Shown here piece after piece: positions 51,274 to 63,529 of a DNA stretch of 64,000 nucleotides. The DNA comes from Octopus sinensis (Eukaryota): positions 59,768,001 to 59,832,000 of the forward strand of contig NC_042997.1 in the NCBI RefSeq assembly GCF_006345805.1, in the 5' to 3' direction. The translations under genes and the position numbers were made by a program. Position 1 is the first letter of the stretch. The number at the start of each line of letters is the position of its first letter. Below the pieces are notes generated by a model. The model saw only the letters and a list, made by a program, of their open reading frames with translations. It searched no databases and was not told the origin of the DNA.

Positions 51274-52504
51274 TACTTTCGTTGGTGTACAAGAAGATGT
51301 GCCATTGGTTTTACTTCTTTAACTATTTCCACTTTTAGAAAATTATCATATTTATCATTTCCATCTTTAGAACTTTCTGTTATTAAGTCTTTCTTATAAT
51401 CTCTTTTATTATTTGTTTGCCAAATCTTGGTTTTCTAATTTACTATATTTTTTCTGTGGTTTATGAAATTTCCTTTTGGATTTGGCTATGCATATTCTTG
51501 AATTATTTAGTCTGTTGAGATTCAATGCTATTTTTAAACCGAGATTATTTTCTTTCAAAATTTTATACGAGTATAGAGTCATGTAGCCATAAAATGTGTT
51601 TGTTGTATAAACCTATATTTTTCTCGTTTACATTAAAACATTTTCTGTTTTATTTACAATTCAAAGTATGCATTTCCTTTTTTCGAGCTTTTTATGCAAA
51701 AAATTTAAATCGTTCATTCCATTTTTAATCTTGGGCTAAATGGTGTTGATTTTATATCGCCAGCATGATCAAGCTGGAGGAAACACAATCTACAATCTAA
51801 TGTTTTAGATATATTAGGCTTCATCTAGTGTTATGTAGTGTTAGCTGAGAATAATACTACATACTTTAATATGCACTTAGAGTTTAATGCTATATTTGGA
51901 TAGTTGTCCTCTCTCCATTTTCAATTTCACTTCTTTACGCTTGTTGTTGTTTAGTCCCGATCAACATTGGTCAAGAAGACCTATGATAAAAGGGTCGTTC
52001 AACCGTTACTATACCGTCTTTTTAGAGATATCTAAGATCATATTAGTTAATGTTTCCATTATATTTTTAAATGTGGTTGTAGTTTTTTGAACGGAGATTT
52101 AGTTTCTGTTTCTAGTAGGTCGCAAGACAAGGTAGTCACGATTATTGGCATTGTACACCTGTAGATTCTAATCGTCGCCACAGTAAAGTGGAGTCGGTCA
52201 GAACACAACAGTTACTGTTCTTCTACATTTATCATTGATGATGTATATCCCTTCGCAGTTCTTGCATTTACTGAGACCATTGATGACGCAGCTGTGCAAA
52301 TATGTCATGTTTTTTCATGTTGATGTGGGATGTTAGGAGATATAGCGCTTTTAGAATGGCGTTTTGGAGTGTTGTTCGTATTATGGCTATGTCTGAGTGT
52401 TTCTACGTGATTTTTGCTGCCGTAGGAAGGACTATGAGATTTTAATGCACTCTTCTTATGCAAGGAGTTGCTCTCTACTCATCACTGATGAGTAGATTTG
52501 TTAT

Positions 52505-52586
52505 TGGACCTTTCTTGGGTACAATCATCAAAAGTGATGAAAAATGGGTTCTCTATAATTATATCCAACGAAAACGACAGTAGTTA
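52505..52586 (+). mobile_element. Short mariner transposase fragment
   Basis: Translates to PFLGTIIKSDEKWVLYNYIQRKRQ, the first catalytic Asp motif. Confidence 0.7.
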
Positions 52587-52698
52587 GCACTTAATATATA
52601 TATGTCTGTGTTTATAAGTGTATCTATCTGTCTATCTGTCTGTTTCACTCTCTCTCTCTCCTCTCTCATTCTTTCTGTGTGTGTGTGTATACACACAC

Positions 52699-52733
<35 letters not shown>

Positions 52734-52884
52734 CATACATGCACATGCATTTCACACTCACGCACATACACACACACACACATACATACATACATACATA
52801 CGCATACATATTACACACACACACATACACACACATACACTCAAATGCCTGCACATACGCGCACACACATGCACACAGATACCA

Positions 52885-53162
52885 ACAATTCTTCACAATC
52901 TACTGTCCCAGAAAGCACTTTCTTTTTATCCATCTACTTTTGGTCATTTCCAATATGTAACTACACGTGAGCTGTTGGCGATTTTTCTCCTCCTTCTTTT
53001 TCTTTTGAACTTTCCTATGTCTCCTGTTTCCGAAACGTAAAACAGACAGTCTTTCTTTCTTTCTTTGTCTGAGCGTCTCATTAATACTTCGGATGTTTAC
53101 GTCCTTGCGTTCTTGTTTTTTCTTGTCCTTTTTTTTATCTCCTTTGTTTTTTTAATTAACCG
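52885..53162 (+). mobile_element. Probable Penelope-like 3' remnant
   Basis: CGAAACGTAAAA followed by TCTTTC..GAGCGT..TAATAC..TGTTTAC, parallel to the 3' end of the element at 46960-47070. The upstream ribozyme box appears deleted. Confidence 0.5.
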
Positions 53163-53941
53163 TATGTATGTGTGTGTATATATATATATACACACACATA
53201 CATACATACATACATATATATATATACATACACACACACACACATACACACACATATATATATATATACATACACATATTCACACATGTATGTATATGTG
53301 TGTGTGTGTATGTGCGCGTAACACATGTGTGTGCGTATGTTTCTGTGTGTGTATGTATGCATGTATTTATGTATGTGAACATAAAAAAGGACGGAAGTAT
53401 ACTGAACGTGAGTGAGTGTGTGTATGTGTAAATCTGGTCTGGTATTTTAACAAACCGGTCTAGTGACAAACAAATCTGTGCATTCATAGGTAATTATTCC
53501 CCTTTTACCACTTAACATTTAAGACCTATACCTCTACGAGTTAAATTATTCTGACCAGTAAGCACTTTTCTTGCCACAATAAATGTCTTGTTAAACAGGT
53601 AACTTTGCTTCCCTGAATAATTCTGGAGGCCTCCTTGACACTCAGTCTTTTATAAACTCGTTGACACCTGGACAAACGGCTCAGCTACGTTCGTAAAAAT
53701 ATTTTATTCATGAGCTTTTGATTTCATTTAGACCATCTATTTCTTGGCCTCTCCTATAACCTATAGCTATAATTCTGGTCCCTCTTGCTCTCTGTCTTTC
53801 TGTCGCACACTCTCAGTCTTGTACGCACGTACACACACTAATTACATAACACAGAATCACACCCCCACCCACACAAGTTGAAAAACTTTATTATGATATC
53901 TGAATCCTTTAGCATTTAAACTGGCCATATCCAGCCCAAGT

Positions 53942-54206
53942 GGAGGCGCGTGGCTTAGTGGTTAGGGTGTCAGCATCATGATCGTAAGATTGTGGTTTCG
54001 ATTCCTGGACCGGGCGACGCGTTGTGTTCTTGGGCAAAACACTTCATTTCACGTTGTTCCACTCCACCCAACTGGCAAAAATGAGTAACGCTGCGATGGA
54101 CTGGCGTTCCGTTCAGCTGGGGAACACATACGCCATTGAAACCGGGAAACCGGGCCCATGAGCCTAGCTAGGCTTTAAAAGGGCATATTTATTTATTTTA
54201 TTTTTT
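53942..54206 (+). mobile_element. tRNA-derived SINE, family A
   Basis: TGGCTTAGTGG..GGTTTCGATTCC head, same core, TTTA tail, TSD ATA(T/C)CCAGCCCAA. Confidence 0.88.
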
Positions 54207-54327
54207 ATACCCAGCCCAAACCAGCGAGACCCAGAGTCTTACTCTTATTCTACAACGTCATTCTATAAATAATCACATCATCAAGATTACTAAGCTACGA
54301 GACAATAATTTGAATAAATAAGCATTA

Positions 54328-54552
54328 CGAGGAGGTGCTGAAAAGTTCCTGGCTTTGGGTCAAAGAAATTACTGGAGCATCAGTTAATAATGATTTTATT
54401 CAACATATTTCCCTCTCAGATTCATACACTTATTGCAGCGGTCTTCAAGTTTCTCTAAGCTTTGTATAAGAACTCGGAAGGTTGGGCTTCCAGCCAGGCC
54501 TTTCGCGATGTCGCTATACTCTTAAAACTAGAAACTTTTCAGCACCTCCTCG
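54328..54552. mobile_element. Mariner-type MITE, copy 1
   Basis: Perfect 20-bp TIR CGAGGAGGTGCTGAAAAGTT / AACTTTTCAGCACCTCCTCG, preceded by TA. Confidence 0.88.
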
Positions 54553-55077
54553 TGTGTGTGTGTGTGTGTGTGTAAAATATCTATAAAATCGAACTTTTCT
54601 CTGTGTGTGTGTGTACAAAAATTTAATGTATCTCAATAACTTCTACATCTTTCATCCGATTTCTTTAAAATTTTTATACACAGCTGCTTCATATCCCAGA
54701 CCCGAATATAGGCTACTTAGATTTAAGAATCTAAGTAAACCTCTAGACCGATGGGAAGCCAACAATAGATGATTCTTATTCATTTGCATTAATCAATTGT
54801 TTTATAATCTGTACGGTCTTCCATACTTTTTAAATCTTTTTATAAAAGTGAAAGGATTTTATCTATTTATTTATTTTCATTGTCCATCAGCGGCGGTGAT
54901 TAAATTGACCAGGAACACTGAACGCATTCATTTCCACAATTCCCAACCGATTTTCACCACACATTACTTATGTCCTAAGGATGGTCATGCACTAAACATT
55001 TGGCCCAGAGCTCCTGCGTAAATAGACCTAAGTGGACATAGTGTTTTTTGCATGCAGGGTCTTCTATACTTTTTAAA

Positions 55078-55593
55078 TCTCTCTCTATATAAACGGCAGT
55101 TTGTCTGTCTGTGTGTCTGTCAGGTTGTACCCTCACCCTGACCACGGCTTTCAACCGATTCTGATGAAATTTGACACACACACATAGCCCAATGTCATAA
55201 TTCAAAACGAACGCAGCGAAAATTTTGAAAAGTTCCCCCAGTTCTGAAAAAAATTGATAAATTCGACATGGGGTTGAGAATCTAAGCTTTTTATTTGCAA
55301 CACATTTTCTGTTGTAGTTTCGCAACTTGCAATCGATTTTCACCAAACTCATGGTGAAGCTTAATGTTACCCTAAGAAACTTAATTCTGACGTTAAATTT
55401 CCATGCAATACCTTACCATCAGAAAAAATCGATAAAATCATACCATTTTGAGAAATCGCGTTCAAATTCAAGATGACATATTTTCGACAATATCTTTCAC
55501 AAATTGGCAGGAATTTTTTAAAAATTCACAGCGAGCATCATGTCCGCTCCAGGGGCTCTTACATACCCGGGAAATGCCGGGCTATGCTGCTAG
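55078..55593 (+). mobile_element. Non-autonomous Helitron
   Basis: 5' TC start, subterminal hairpin CCCGG-GAAATG-CCGGG (55566-55581), 3' CTAG, inserted between A and T with no TSD. A paralogous empty site lies near 54815-54920. Confidence 0.85.
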
Positions 55594-56522
55594 TCTTTTT
55601 ATAAAAGTGAAAGAATTTTGTCTATTTATTTATTTCAACTGTCCACCTGCCACGGTGATTAAATTGACTAGGAACACTGTACGCGATGAATATCCAATAT
55701 CGAACAATCTTAATCTCAATATTTAAACTGCATTAATCTTTGGCAAGATTACCTTTATCTATTCTGAGTTACTTGAAAGGTGATGCTCCCTTCCCTCTCT
55801 TCTATTTGTTGATACTTTTGTTTATCTATCAATGCATTGTTTCACTTCACTTTAAGTGTGCTTATTTACTCATCCATTATGATATTTCGACTGTTGTCCA
55901 TTGTTTCAAATACATTTTAGTATTGTCCTTCAAGCCTTTTATAACAATTACATATGATTCGTTCCAAAGAATCAACCTTTAAATAAAAATTCTGCTTCCA
56001 CTAGTCAAAACTATACGTATGTTTCAGGAAGCTCCATACCAATTTAACTTTATGCAGCATTCGTTGTTAGTTTATGCGCAGGCTTATGTGGGAAGACAGA
56101 ATAAAGAGGCCTTTGTTAGGCTTATCTCTCCGAAAAAATAGCTCCCTTTGCTGTTGAAAAAAGTAAATTTGAAAGGGGCAAGTTTCAACGTCTTCCTCGA
56201 ATTTCATTACATCATTTGTGTGGCTGTTTATGACAAGAAATTTTGCTTTCATATAAAACAACTATATTTTGTAGTCGTTATCCGTAATCAACTCCCAAAA
56301 CACTTCAATAGCTCTTTTCATCGCTTGCAATCTTATATGTTCTATGATAATTAGAGTGCAACGACCTTCACAATAACCAGCCTTCAATTTGATTTTCTGT
56401 TCAAAGGCTAATCGGAAGCATAGATTGCCGCGCTACTCATAACCCTTTTCGGTAGTTCAATTATTTGTTGAAAAAAATACCATCAAAGTAACGTAAACCA
56501 GTCCAAAGGACGGGTGCGTTTG

Positions 56523-56593
<71 letters not shown>

Positions 56594-56594
<1 letters not shown>

Positions 56595-56814
56595 GAGAGG
56601 TACTAGAAAGTTCCTGGCTTTGGGTAAAATAAAATATAGGAGGTTAAGTTAATTATGATTTTATTCAACATATTCCCCTCTCATATTCATACATTATTGC
56701 AGCGGTCTTTCAGTTTTTCTAAGCCCTCAGTTTTTCTACGTACCCAGAAGATTGGGCCTCCAGCCAGTCCTTTCGCGATATCCTTAAAGCCAAGAACTTT
56801 TCAGCATCCGCTCG
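56594..56814. mobile_element. Mariner-type MITE, copy 2, direct orientation to copy 1
   Basis: Same internal sequence (GGCTTTGGGT..ATGATTTTATTCAACATATT..TTATTGCAGCGGTCTT..CCTTTCGCGAT), degenerate TIRs, TA on both sides. Confidence 0.85.
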
Positions 56815-57222
56815 TATATTTGACAGCGTAATCTGAATGTAAACGGGTTAAGATGTCGAAAATCTGAAAGTGCTTAGAGAACTTCTGGGAGGTAGAGAGT
56901 TAGTTGCTTTGGATCACACACTGGATCACGCACTGGAAAGGAGTTCATTTGCAAGCGTGGCTTGCTTGGCCCAGTTAAGTCGACGGAAGATTGTGGCGGA
57001 GGCTTAAACAGCAGCACAACTGTTGAGTACCTTGTTTACCATCTATTTTGCAGTCCACTCTGTGTTGATAATGCCGTAAGAGCATGCACACGTTCGTATT
57101 TAGTAAGAACAAAGAGAAGTGGGAGAAGAAAAAGAAGTAGGGGAGGACGAGAAAAAAGAAGAAGAAGAAGAAGAAGAGACCCACGGAAATAGATTTCGAA
57201 AGATTTCCAATCACAAGCATTC

Positions 57223-57385
57223 ATGCATGCATGCATGCATGCATACATACATACATACATACAAAACATACATACAAAACATAACATAACATAACAAGAT
57301 AACATAACATAACATAACATAACATAACATAACATAACATAACATAACATAACATAACAAACATAACATAACATAACATAACATA
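57223..57385. repeat. Compound microsatellite (ATGC)n-(ATAC)n-(ACATA)n
   Basis: Directly visible. Confidence 0.95.
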
Positions 57386-58761
57386 CAGAAATAATAGGTT
57401 TATGGAATCAGTGCAGACTTGGCGTATGCTGTGTAGGGTGGATGTGGACGATGTATGGTCAGATAAAGTTAAAGATGGATAAAGAATCACGTCATCTGCG
57501 TTAGAGGGGGCGTTGTAAGATTTGGCGTCAAGTGTATGTATGTGTGCTATATTGGTTTCAAATTTTGGCACAAGGCCAGCAGGTTTGGGGGAGGGGTTTA
57601 GTCAGTTACATCGACTTCGACGGAATTTGAACTCAGAATATAAAGACGTACGAAATGCCGCTAAGCATTTTGTCCGGCGTACTAACGGTTCTTCCAGGTC
57701 GCCGCCTTCTGCATGTGGCATCAAATACATGGCTATATTCTACCTTCGTCTTTTCTGTTAAGCGGTTTTGTTTTTCATATTTTTACAAGTTTCTTGCAGT
57801 GTATTTCAAACTGCAAAGATCCTAAATCCATCAACGTCATTTCTTGACTTTCATTGTCTCATCTGCGAGATGAAGTGATGCTAGTGATGCTACATATAGT
57901 GTGTAGGACCAATGCATCTGATGCTGACGGTACCACTGGTGACCAATATTGTCTGTAACAAGTATAGATTGTGCGTATTAATTTTAACACTTATAGTGTT
58001 GTACTATAATTATTCTTTCCAACATCAAGCGTATATTTTTGTGGAAAATTATATATAGCTGGGTTATCCATTGATATTTTTCTATTTATATTTGTGTGAT
58101 GTGATATAATATATAGCGAGTCTACGGAGGACAGTCGTACTTATATGGTTAGTATAACAGTTGAAATCACGCTGTTATATCTTATTTTAATCTCTTAGTC
58201 ATGTTTCCTCCTTTTAGATTTGTTCTCTGCTCAGAGAAGATCTGAAAAGTAGCGAAATTTGAATGAGTCTGAAAATGTATACTCAAATTGTTATCATGGT
58301 AAATGCTAATTTCGCTATTTTAATCTTAGTGCTAAATCTATTGCTCTGTTGCGATAACAAATTGCATACGATACATTTATTTGAAACTTGTTTGTGGCTA
58401 CTGCCATGTTCAATCAATACATACTTTGAAAACTTTTTGGTGCGTATGGCATGTTTCAGATTGAACTTGCGAATTTCTGTCCCTACAACAACGCAAAATG
58501 CAGTAATTCACTAGATATGAACTGATTTACCCAAGGGCTATTCTGTGCTTAAGCTAATTCTGATATTGTAAGAGAAAAACTAGATCTTTAACTCTTCTAT
58601 ATTGATTAACTTTACTTGCGGTCGCTCGAGGATTAGTAAACCGTAAGTAAGACACCATTTTTGTTGAATGAATTCCACAATTTATCATTGAAATGATCAT
58701 GTTGAGTTTACCCTCTAATTTTGAACCCTCATTTAACCTTTTCCTTATCCTGAGTATCACA

Positions 58762-59015
58762 TAAGATAAAGTTACCTTCTTGAGTTATGTCGATTCACAA
58801 GGGCCGGTTTCCCAGTTTCATGGCGTATAAATTCCTCACCTGGACGGGACGTCGGTCTGTCGCAGGATTACTAATTTTTGCCAGTTGAGTGAACTGCAGC
58901 TATATGAAATTAAGAGTTTTGCTCAAGAACACAACGTGTTGTCCGGTCCAGGAATCGAAACCACAATCTAAAGATCATGAGTCCAACACCCTATCCACTA
59001 AGCCACGCGCCTCCA
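58762..59015 (-). mobile_element. tRNA-derived SINE, family A
   Basis: Reverse complement of the 53942 copy. Confidence 0.85.
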
Positions 59016-59398
59016 CATGTGATACACCGGATATATTTCCCTGGCGTCCGTGCATTCATATATAATACACAGTCCTAATTTTTTTTTCAGCCACGAGATT
59101 AACTTAGAGCTAATGAAGGGAAGGCTTTATATTACCCAGAACGTATGAAACAAGTACGAATTAAAAGTCTGAAAACAGGTATGGACGTTTAGGATAAACT
59201 TACAAAAATGCTTTGAGCAGGCACACGGTTAAACATTTAAAGAGATTTTAAAAAACAACTGTGAGAACCTCAGAATACTTTAAAAGGCTTCACGTTACGT
59301 TTGCTTTGTGGCGGTAAGATTATAGTAAACACTACCTTACAGAGTCCCTTCTCTACTAATTAACAATAAACTGGTACTGTATTTTTGTTTTTCAAATT

Positions 59399-59780
59399 AG
59401 GAGTGGCTGTGTGGTAAGTAGCTTGCTTACCAACCACATGGTTCCGGGTTCAGTCTCACTTGGGCAAGTGTCAGCCTCGGGCCAATCAAAGCCTTGTGAG
59501 TGGATTTGGTAGACGGAAACTGAAAGAAGCCCGTCGTATATATGTATGTATATATATATGCGTGTGTGTGTTTGTGTGTCTGTGTTTGTCCCCCTAGCAT
59601 TGCTTGACAACCGATGCTGGTGTGTTTATGTCCCCGTTACTTAGCGGTTCGGCAAAAAAGACCGATAGAATAAGTACTGGGCTTACAAAAGAATAAGTTC
59701 CGGGGTCGAGTTGCTCGATTAAAGGCGGTGCTCCAGCATGGCCGCAGTCAAAATGACTGAAACAAGTAAAAGAGTAAGAG
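59399..59780 (+). mobile_element. tRNA-derived SINE, family B, CR1-type tail
   Basis: Head GTGGCTGTGTGGTAAG..GGGTTCAGTC, internal (TA/TG)n, tail GGCGGTGCTCCAGCATGGCCGCAGTCAAAATGACTGAAAC. Other copies at ~2398-2757(-), 24540-24902(-), 25500-25980(-), 30718-31033(-), 45086-45545(+), 49992-50360(+). Confidence 0.9.
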
Positions 59781-59905
59781 TATATATAATAATTGCTGTC
59801 TTGTTAGAGGAATTTTATTCTTACCTCATCAATCACACTCCATCTTAATAAAGCTTCAACTTTAATAATTTGATGCTTGACGCTAATTCCTCCAATCGCA
59901 TTAGA

Positions 59906-61421
59906 TTTTTTTCCATTTTCAGCTCAGAGCTGTGGCCATGCTGGAACACCGCCGTTTTGCTACACTGTTATTACTAATATCCTCCTCTAATATGTGGCGC
60001 TTGGTGTAGAATGGAGTTTGATGTAGCTACCCTCATTTGCACCTCTTGCCATGAGGTAGGTTCGTCTGGGACTCTCGACAAGAAGAGGTCCTGCCTTGAT
60101 TTAAAAACGACTACATCTACTTTGTGCATGTTCCTCAAGCTCTTTCGGAGAATATCAAAAAGCTGTGGGCTCCTGAAACCCAGGCTGTTACAGTAACTGG
60201 TCCTGAAGCGCGATGGCATTCCTGGTATCTTTGGCACTGTGCAGTGTCGACCCGTTCTGGCATTGGTGTAGCTTTCAATGCCAAAATTTGACACAATTCC
60301 TTCCAGGATCTTCCATACCCTTCCCGCCTTCGCTCCAGGGAGTAGAGTCTTAGCTGTTTCAGCCTTTCCCAATAGCGGAGCAGTTGCAAAGAGACGATCT
60401 TCTCTGTGAATCTTCGCTGGATTGCTTCAAGATCCGCTGTTAATTTTACGATGTTGGGTGACCATAGCTGGGAGCAGTAATCCAGGTGGCTGAGGACGAA
60501 TGTCCTCCAGGGGACCATCATGGTTTCCTTATCTCTGGTTCTGAATGTTCTCAGGATCCATCCAACCAGTCGTCTGCACTTTGTCACCATCCTGGTGATG
60601 TGTACTTGGAAAGAGATATCATCACTCATGTCAATACCCAGGTCCTTCAGTGATTTAGGCTCTGGGATTGTAATTCCCTGTGGACTAGTGTACCCTGTAA
60701 GTTTCATATTCAGTTTTGGAAGCTGGTAGCGCAGGGCTTTGAATTTTTCAGCATTAGACTGCATATTATTATACTGTATTTTCTGCGAGACTTTCGTATC
60801 GTCTACGTAGCTAGCAAGGGTGGCTATCCGGGTAGTTGAGGGCATATCTGAGAGGGCCACTATGAAAAGCAGTGGTCCCAAGACAGTGCCCTGTGGAACA
60901 CCGCTCACTATTTGTGTTTTCATTGAGGTGGCTCCATTGGCCACTACTGCCTGACTTCTATTTTTCAGAAAGCCATGTAACCACTCTCCAAGTTTTCCAG
61001 CTATGCTGAGATCACTCAGTTTGTGGCATATCATACTATGATTCACTTTGTCAAAAGCTTTTGCAAAATCAAGGTATATTACGTCCATATTTGAGTTGTT
61101 GAGTAACTGCCTCAACACCCAGTCATAATGTTGTAAGAGCTGAGTCAGGCAGCTCCTACCTGGTCGAAAGTCATGCTGGGTATCACTCAGCAAGTTATTT
61201 TCTTCAAGGAATGTGATTAGTTTCCTTCTGACTATCCTTTCCATGACTTTTGCTGATGTGTGAAGTCAGAGAGATAGACCTACAGTTTTTGGCATCTGCT
61301 CTGCTTCCCCCTTAATGGATTGGGCATATTATTCCCTCCTTCAGCATGCTTGGCAGTCTGCCATTTGCAAGAAAGCTCTGGAAGAGAATCTAGAGGGGTT
61401 TTGCCAGGGCATGCTTACACG
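59906..61421 (-). mobile_element. Second, more truncated copy of the same CR1-group LINE in inverted orientation
   Basis: ORF 60135-61244 is closely similar to the RT at 6495-7820 (GVPQGTVLGPLLF, YVDD), has small internal deletions and ends in the same 3' tail. Confidence 0.93.
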
Positions 61422-62480
61422 ATTTCATCTGTTGTCTATACTATTCCATAAACTCTTTCAATTACTAACAGCTGTTTCAATCTCACTTCGTTATTTACGA
61501 TATCTCTCGCATTACTTCGAACTTATAATCTGGTTGCACACAACTCCTCCTAGCTCTTATCCTTTTTTCAAAACTCTTTGTGCAGAGGTTGAATCGTTTG
61601 TTTCGTTCAACTATCCGCACTCTTTCAATCAAATTCTATCGGCATCCCTACCAGATAAATGAATGCATCAAATAACCTTGATTTCTGCCGCAACTCAAAG
61701 CCCAACATTTACTTAACGAACACTACCTCTGTACTCATTGTACCGTCTGATCTGTACCTGATCAAGTCAACGCACTTTACATCCCAACATCACACAATAA
61801 CCCTGCTCAAAACACCCTGGTACTTCTAGTCAGGTAGCATGTAGGGGCTTCGTTAGGTAATAAGTCAGGGTAGTAAGTCAGATCCGATACAGATAAGCAA
61901 GTGACTGAACCATCCTCTTAGCTTTGTCCCTTTACTTGAAGGCCACGCCCAAATAAATTTGTACTGCAAAAGTACGGTAAAAAACAAAAAACAAAAAACA
62001 AACAAAAAGCTACCTATTACACATGGATGAAGTGACACACTTCTGATTGGCTCTGAAAATACTTCCAACTCTATACATTAACTGCTTGCTTCTATATACT
62101 ATATACTGCACCTCCTCAACGAAACGTATCCCAAACTTTCCTTCGCAACGAAACGTATCCCAAACTTTCCTTCGCAACGCCTTTGTGTCATCGTAGCATA
62201 CACTAAATGAAAAATCACTACCAGTAATTACAATTCTATCCAGCGATTGAACCCATTCCACTACATTCAAAAATGCATCCCAGACTCTGTTCTCATTAAA
62301 CTCTCAACTCTCACTACATTTGCTCCCACTTCGCCCTTTATCACTATTACAACAGCACTTTCTCCACTGAAATAACTATATGCATACCCGCTTCACTGAT
62401 ACACTGCTTTTCCCCTCTACTTTTACTGTCTAGCACTTAACCGTCTTTCCCAGACATGCAAACCTCTGGAATTGCCCATG
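61422..62480 (-). mobile_element. Degenerate LINE endonuclease-region remnant with an internal A-tailed insertion
   Basis: Minus-strand pieces DRIVITGSDF (GDFN-like), FRANQKCVTS and DVK..GTDQ (SDH-like). A 29-bp tandem duplication lies at 62117-62174. Confidence 0.5.
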
Positions 62481-63049
62481 ATTTGTCTATAAACATTGAT
62501 TTGAATGTTAATAGGAAATGAAATTGTAAGAATTTACTAAGCAGGTTGCTAAGCGTAACTATGGGAGAATATATACAGATATACAGCAATATCTCTCAGA
62601 AAACTTTAGTGTGTTAATTTATCAAAGTTTATTGCTTAGAAAATTTGAAGTTAGCATGAAGTTAACAAGTGTATTCTCTGTGTGAATTTTTATTGCTCTA
62701 AGATCTCAGATTGCATCGTAATTTATTCAATTTAAAGCGAGTCATCAGGATCAATTGTTCTCCAGAAATTGAATATTTCAAGTACGAGGTTTTGACCTGA
62801 ATACACCCTTCTGGTTAGCGTTTCTTCTCACACTCATAGTAGTCAAATATCCATTGAACCTTTGATGAGTTTATCTTTTCAAGTCGGTTTACTAACAATA
62901 AATGAATAAATAAACGTACGATCTAATAGAAGTGTGTTAATAAACTGTTGTGATAAAAGTTACGATGTCCCCTTGCGAGAGATAGACTGGTCCGAGTGAA
63001 GTATAAGTAGTAACGATCCGAGTGAGTTCAGAGTTCGGAATCGAGTTCG

Positions 63050-63478
63050 AAATTTGAACTCAGAACGTAAAGTCAGATGAAATACCTATTCTTTACTATC
63101 CACAAGGGGCTAAATACTGAGGGGACGAACAAGGGCAGACAAACAGATTAAGTCGATTGTATCGACCCCAGTGCGTAACTGGTACTTATTTAATCGATCT
63201 CGAAAGGATGAAAGGTAAAGTCTACCTCGGCGGAATTTGAACTCAGAACGTAGCGGCAGACGAAATACCTATTTCTTTACTACCCACGAGGGGCCAAACA
63301 CAGACAGGACAAACAAGGACAGGCAAACGGATTAAGTCGATTACATCGACCCCAGTGCGTAACTGGTACTTAATTCATCGACCCTGAAAGGGATGAAAGG
63401 CAAAGTCGACCTCGGCAGAATTTGAACTCAGAACGTAACGGCAGACGAAATATGGCTAACGTTTCTGGCAGCTCGCCC
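63050..63478 (-). mobile_element. Family C SINE with a multimeric body
   Basis: AATTTGAACTCAGAACGTA recurs three times at ~185-bp spacing; the head is at the right end. Other family C copies at ~240-440, 16925-17140, 23755-23965, 32420-32637, 57550-57710. Confidence 0.85.
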
Positions 63479-63529
63479 TTTCAACTTGTTAAATAATAGA
63501 AAACATTTTAGCTTCCGTAGTACAGTTGC

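Larger units (their letters stand above)
53901..56851. mobile_element. piggyBac-type MITE split by nested insertions (SINE 53942-54206; composite unit 54328-56814)
   Basis: Left part CCTTTAGCATTTAAACTGGCCATATCC, middle part ..TGAATAAATAAGCATTA, final part TATTTGACAGCGTAATCTGAATGTAAACGGGTTAA; collinear with intact copies. Confidence 0.8.

Noticed and set aside
52559-53487. Cluster of 70-140 aa ORFs on both strands
   Set aside because: Translations of (CA)/(TA)/(TG) microsatellites. The same holds at 33010-33498, 46534 and 57036-57571.
57420-57530. Small exon containing an ADD motif
   Set aside because: More likely a short LINE RT fragment (YADD-like); no supporting splice structure.
62500-63000. 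5' LTR and primer-binding site of the Gypsy remnant
   Set aside because: Plausible by position, but there is no second LTR in the window and no convincing PBS.
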